Source of the DNA: a virus
Taxonomy: Duplodnaviria; Caudoviricetes
Virus record (IMG/VR): IMGVR_UViG_3300037184_000106
Location: 1-52,237 of that record
Reading direction: 5' to 3' (one strand)
DNA: 52,237 nucleotides
Position 1 is the first letter of the stretch, and every line of letters starts with the position of its first letter. Below, piece after piece: positions 48,782 to 52,237 of the stretch. Below the pieces are notes generated by a model. The model worked only from the letters and a program-made list of their open reading frames with translations. It was not told the origin of the DNA and did not search any database. The position numbers and the translations under genes were made by a program.

Positions 48782-49207
48782 TTATTGGAGTCTCTTTGCT
48801 GCTGCGGAAAATGACATCGATGTAATATCCATTCCCCAATCGCCAATGTCTCCCCAAACTTGTAATTCCCACGTGTTCCATTTATTCTTCTCGAATACAT
48901 GCTCACCGTCATCTCCACGTTCAATGTTATTTGGGTAATTCGACACTATCATATGCCCCTGTGGATATGGTTCGTATATGGAACCATTGGCAAACATAAA
49001 TTTTGAATTCTTGGTGATCTTGTAAAACTTTTTCGGAATCATGTATGGATACCATGTAGCATGCAATGATTCGGCTAGACTCTTTCCCTTCATAAACAAC
49101 CTGTTGGCAATTTCGATTCGTCTAGTATGGCTATCTCGCGAGCGGGATTCTTTCTTACTGGAGAAGACGATCCCATCGTCAGAAGTATATGTCGTGGTAG
49201 TTTTCAT
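48782..49207 (-). CDS. Hypothetical protein
   Basis: 141 aa, N-terminal TYTSDDGIVF. Confidence 0.55.
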   Translation of the reverse strand: MKTTTTYTSDDGIVFSSKKESRSRDSHTRRIEIANRLFMKGKSLAESLHATWYPYMIPKKFYKITKNSKFMFANGSIYEPYPQGHMIVSNYPNNIERGDDGEHVFEKNKWNTWELQVWGDIGDWGMDITSMSFSAAAKRLQ

Positions 49208-49476
49208 TGGAAATATACTTTCTCCATTCGAGGCGCAAACATACGAAACTTCTCTCCGGGATATGCTTCGTCAACACCTTTAATACCGGGGTACTTAAAA
49301 TAAAGCTCTACTTTGTACGTTCTATTCTCCGTAACGTATAACCTATACAACTCAATTGCTCTACGAACCGCTTCGGATCTATCCATACACCCCCATTCTT
49401 CAATTACTCTTAAAGCATATTCTGTACTCTGTGGTACAGTTGCTGTAATTTCTGTTGTATATAATTCTTCACTCAT
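49204..49476 (-). CDS. Small protein with ribbon-helix-helix-like motif
   Basis: ITATVP...MDRSEAVRRAIELY. Confidence 0.45.
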   Translation of the reverse strand: MSEELYTTEITATVPQSTEYALRVIEEWGCMDRSEAVRRAIELYRLYVTENRTYKVELYFKYPGIKGVDEAYPGEKFRMFAPRMEKVYFQ

Positions 49477-51083
49477 GGTATCTGCACTGTAGAGGGTTTT
49501 TGTGATTTGTCAACCCAAATCCACTTGGAATGCCCGCAATCCCAAATTCGGTCGAATCCATTGACCTTCATGTTTTCCCATTCGGAGAGGGCGGGGTCGA
49601 AAAACGTCAATTTCTTTTCTAGCTTGGCTTTCTGCCAGTTGACATTGTTTTCTAGAACATCATATGATTCAATAATATATTGATAATCAGGAGCTAGGTT
49701 TTCAACAAATGTGAATCCTAGTTTCAAAAATGATTCACCAGAGAAATATCTTCTGTCAGTATAAGCAGCTACGATTTCTGGTTTGAAGTGTTTAATGAAA
49801 TATGAAAACAGTTTCGACATTCCACCTACAACGGTGACACCTAATAAAGAACAATATCTACTGATTTCCCAATGTTCCTTCTCTGTAAATTTAGAAGACG
49901 AAAATGTCATCGCCGCAATCAACCGATCTTCATCGAATAGTCCCAACCGAATCATGGCAGTATCATTGCCATGAAGACTATTTTGCTCTAGAAACTCAGA
50001 TTTTTGGATTGGATCTATTTCTTTTATAGAGCATTTTCTGGCATAAATAATTCGGTTCTCTTTCAGCAGGAGTGTTTTTAATATAGACTTGACTATATTC
50101 TTACAATGATTCCAGTCATTTTCAAATATATGAACGAGCCGGATACCTTTCATAGCACACAACTTAGTCTTATTTAAGTGATAATTCTTGTTTCTTGTAC
50201 CTGACACTTCGGAATGATAATAAATACCGTCCGCTTCAATTGCTATGTTTTTTCCGGGAATGTATATGTCTAATTCTAACGGACTAAGCACCGCTCGATT
50301 ATTGATTACAATTGGTTCACTTGGAAGTAACTGTTTAACATAGTCAACTATTTCTGTTTGAAATATTGACATCGATGCATCACATACCGAACATCGAAGA
50401 GCGTAACGAGTCAGATCAAAATCTTGTTCTTTATTACATCGATTACATTTAAACGTATATTTTTTATTGAACTGGACGGTTATACCGTCATATTCGTCTA
50501 TCGAGAAACACGGTGTAAAATTCTTGAATCGTTCAGATTCAATGAATTTTTTGAACATGGCTTTTTTATGACTTTGTTTGAAAGTGCTGCTGTTGATCTG
50601 TTCTTTTCTGTCTCCTTGCATGGAAGCATGTGGAACACCGTATTTCTTCAAACATGTTTCTTCATATTTCTTACGACATTCATCTGTCTTCTTGTAATTG
50701 TCTGCCCCATATCGCTCCAAACATGTTTGTTTCATTTGATCGATATTATTATATCTCTCATCTCCATATCTTTCAAGTTTGGTGGCTTTAGTTTTATCAA
50801 CGAATTCATCGGTCTGGCTAAACCATGCCTTTCCGTGTCGTTCTATCATCGTTAGAGTGAGTTTTTCCTTTGTTTGAGGATTCACTGCCATTGGATGGCC
50901 ACCATATTTAGAATCAAATGCTTTGGCTACACCAATGCGATTTTTCTCTTTCACAGCTGGATCGTTTACTGCACATTTTTTACAGCAATAAGTCTTTTCT
51001 TTTCGCCGTTCACAAGTAAATGGTTGTTTACACGTGGGACATGTCTTGTGTAGCGTATTATTTGGATCTTTAGGTCTAGCCAT
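49473..51083 (-). CDS. Hef-like homing endonuclease (zinc ribbon, ERYG repeats, DUF559-like nuclease, C-terminal GNAT/Mom-like region)
   Basis: Start ATG 51083; CPTC; ERYG/KKYG repeats; ELDIYIP..NIAIEADGIYYH; YARKC, VVGGMSKLFSYF, YTDRR, IWDCG. Confidence 0.8.
   Translation of the reverse strand: MARPKDPNNTLHKTCPTCKQPFTCERRKEKTYCCKKCAVNDPAVKEKNRIGVAKAFDSKYGGHPMAVNPQTKEKLTLTMIERHGKAWFSQTDEFVDKTKATKLERYGDERYNNIDQMKQTCLERYGADNYKKTDECRKKYEETCLKKYGVPHASMQGDRKEQINSSTFKQSHKKAMFKKFIESERFKNFTPCFSIDEYDGITVQFNKKYTFKCNRCNKEQDFDLTRYALRCSVCDASMSIFQTEIVDYVKQLLPSEPIVINNRAVLSPLELDIYIPGKNIAIEADGIYYHSEVSGTRNKNYHLNKTKLCAMKGIRLVHIFENDWNHCKNIVKSILKTLLLKENRIIYARKCSIKEIDPIQKSEFLEQNSLHGNDTAMIRLGLFDEDRLIAAMTFSSSKFTEKEHWEISRYCSLLGVTVVGGMSKLFSYFIKHFKPEIVAAYTDRRYFSGESFLKLGFTFVENLAPDYQYIIESYDVLENNVNWQKAKLEKKLTFFDPALSEWENMKVNGFDRIWDCGHSKWIWVDKSQKPSTVQIP
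49486..49513 (-). promoter_or_regulatory. sigma70-like promoter
   Basis: TTGACA-16 nt-TACAGT; ATG 9 nt downstream. Confidence 0.6.
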
Positions 51084-51103
51084 AGTTTTGGTTCTTATGC
51101 AGA

Positions 51104-51131
51104 ATAATAGACGAAAATACATAGATGTCAA
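51104..51131 (-). promoter_or_regulatory. sigma70-like promoter
   Basis: TTGACA-16 nt-TATTAT. Confidence 0.55.
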
Positions 51132-51211
51132 GAACTTTTTTTCCAACACTGTTTATTTATATTCGTGAGACAAATTACCAGCGATAACAATCAACTCGGA
51201 GATAAATAATT

Positions 51212-51706
51212 ATGGCAGACCTACTATCAGCACAAGAAATCTTCTTTACGGCCTATGAACCGAAGGTCCAGAATAGATTTATAATGTACATCGACGGCAT
51301 TCCCGCGTACATGATCAAAGCCGCATCCCGGCCCAATATCAACAATAACGTGATCACACTTGACCACATCAACCTAAAGCGTAAGCTGAAGGGTAAGTCC
51401 GAGTGGCAGGATCTCGAAATTACTCTTTATGATCCCATCGTTCCTTCGGCTGCACAAGCTGTCATGGAATGGGTTCGTTTGTGTCATGAATCTGTTACCG
51501 GTCGTAACGGTTATGCTGACATGTATAAGAAAGATGTTACCATCGATGTTCTAGGACCGGTAGGTGATAAAGTTGAAGAGTGGCAAATCAAGGGCGCATT
51601 CCCATCACAAGTTAACTTCAACGGAAGTGCCTTGGACTGGTCTGCACAGGAAGCGTTACTCATTACTGTCACTTTGTCGATGGACTACGCGATTTTACAA
51701 TTTTGA
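51212..51706 (+). CDS. gp19: Tail tube protein (gp19-like)
   Basis: EPKVQNRF, W.DLEITLYDPI.PS.AQAVMEW, YKKD, LGPVGDKVEEW.IKGAF. Confidence 0.9.
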   Translation: MADLLSAQEIFFTAYEPKVQNRFIMYIDGIPAYMIKAASRPNINNNVITLDHINLKRKLKGKSEWQDLEITLYDPIVPSAAQAVMEWVRLCHESVTGRNGYADMYKKDVTIDVLGPVGDKVEEWQIKGAFPSQVNFNGSALDWSAQEALLITVTLSMDYAILQF

Positions 51707-51738
51707 TATAACATTATCTATTTTAATCGTTTGAAGAG

Positions 51739-51771
51739 GCTCCTTGCTATTTATTTAGTAAGGAGTTTTTT
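51739..51771 (+). terminator. Tube terminator hairpin that also contains a late motif and the downstream SD
   Basis: GCTCCTTGCTA-TTTATT-TAGTAAGGAGT followed by a T-run, then ATG at 51772. Confidence 0.7.
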
Positions 51772-52237
51772 ATGATTAAATGTGAAATAGATGGAAAAGA
51801 ATTTACTAACGGTGGTGTAATGGCTAGGCACATAAAAAAGAATTACAAACTAACATATAAAGAATATTATCATCGGTATATTCTAAAAAGCGACGTAGTT
51901 CCAAAATGTAAATGTGGATGTGGAGGTGATCTTCCATGGACACCTATTGGTTATAGAAATTATCTGAAAAATCATTTGATCCGTCTAAATAATAAAATCA
52001 ATAATCCATGGGGATGTAATCCAATTGCCATTCAAAAAAGTGCAGAAACGAGACGAGAACAGTTTAGAACTGGAGAGCGGGTAACGTGGTCAAAAGGGAG
52101 ATCCGTTGAAACCGATCCATCTCTTCAATCTGCTGCAAGAAAATTATCCGAAAGATTTACACCTAAAATAAAACAAGAATACTCCAATAGAATGAAACAA
52201 CAATGGGAAGATAAGCAAATAATAGGTTTGAAAGGAA
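51772..52237 (+). CDS. Probable homing-endonuclease-type protein (3'-partial, not in ORF track)
   Basis: MIKCEIDGKEF...RHIKK...YKEYY...PKCKCGCG...; open to window end; SD AAGGAG. Confidence 0.6.
   Translation, partial: MIKCEIDGKEFTNGGVMARHIKKNYKLTYKEYYHRYILKSDVVPKCKCGCGGDLPWTPIGYRNYLKNHLIRLNNKINNPWGCNPIAIQKSAETRREQFRTGERVTWSKGRSVETDPSLQSAARKLSERFTPKIKQEYSNRMKQQWEDKQIIGLKG

Larger units (their letters stand above)
5733..51161. promoter_or_regulatory. Recurrent TATTTATA upstream motif (putative late promoter), 13 gene-proximal exact copies
   Basis: + strand at 5733, 10942, 12907, 15825, 16565, 23477, 24958, 30771, 32292, 35612, 39754, 51154; - strand at 22207-22214; always on the coding strand of the downstream gene. 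Confidence 0.8.

Noticed and set aside
489-50855. Many short antisense or alternate-frame ORFs in the track (e.g. 12312-12593, 18022-18363, 19995-20387, 35922-36218, 47713-48030, 50424-50855)
   Set aside because: They lie within or largely overlap well-supported genes, lack motifs or start signals, and are expected shadow ORFs
1-52237. Alternative genetic code (stop-codon reassignment)
   Set aside because: All core genes are full length in the standard code, and TAA, TAG and TGA are all used as true stops

Overview
A 52-kb, gene-dense, AT-rich segment of a large T4-like (contractile-tailed) bacteriophage genome that reads cleanly in the standard genetic code. The + strand carries a primase, a single-chain Mre11/Rad50 (SbcD-SbcC, gp47-gp46-like) fusion and the morphogenesis module: terminase, portal, prohead protease, scaffold, major capsid, neck, tail completion, Ser-rich fibre-like proteins, sheath and tube. 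About six homing-endonuclease-like genes and several morons are interspersed. Sheath and tube genes are separated by a 12.5-kb accessory island. The island encodes an Rnl2-like RNA ligase, nucleotide-handling enzymes, five tandem 'HSxxDxITNSS(S/T)E' paralogues and two stand-alone mini-proteins resembling the tail-sheath C-terminal domain. Two promoter classes are visible: sigma70-like TTGACA-N16/17-xAxxxT before non-structural genes and TATTTATA before virion genes, both often leaving almost no leader. Four endonuclease genes have the late motif inside a hairpin that hides their RBS or ATG. Many late proteins, including enzymes, share an N-terminal 'KL..(L/I)(L/I)xE' peptide resembling a capsid-targeting signal. 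No tRNA, rRNA, CRISPR array or reverse transcriptase was seen. All calls come from motif recognition by eye; no database searches were run.
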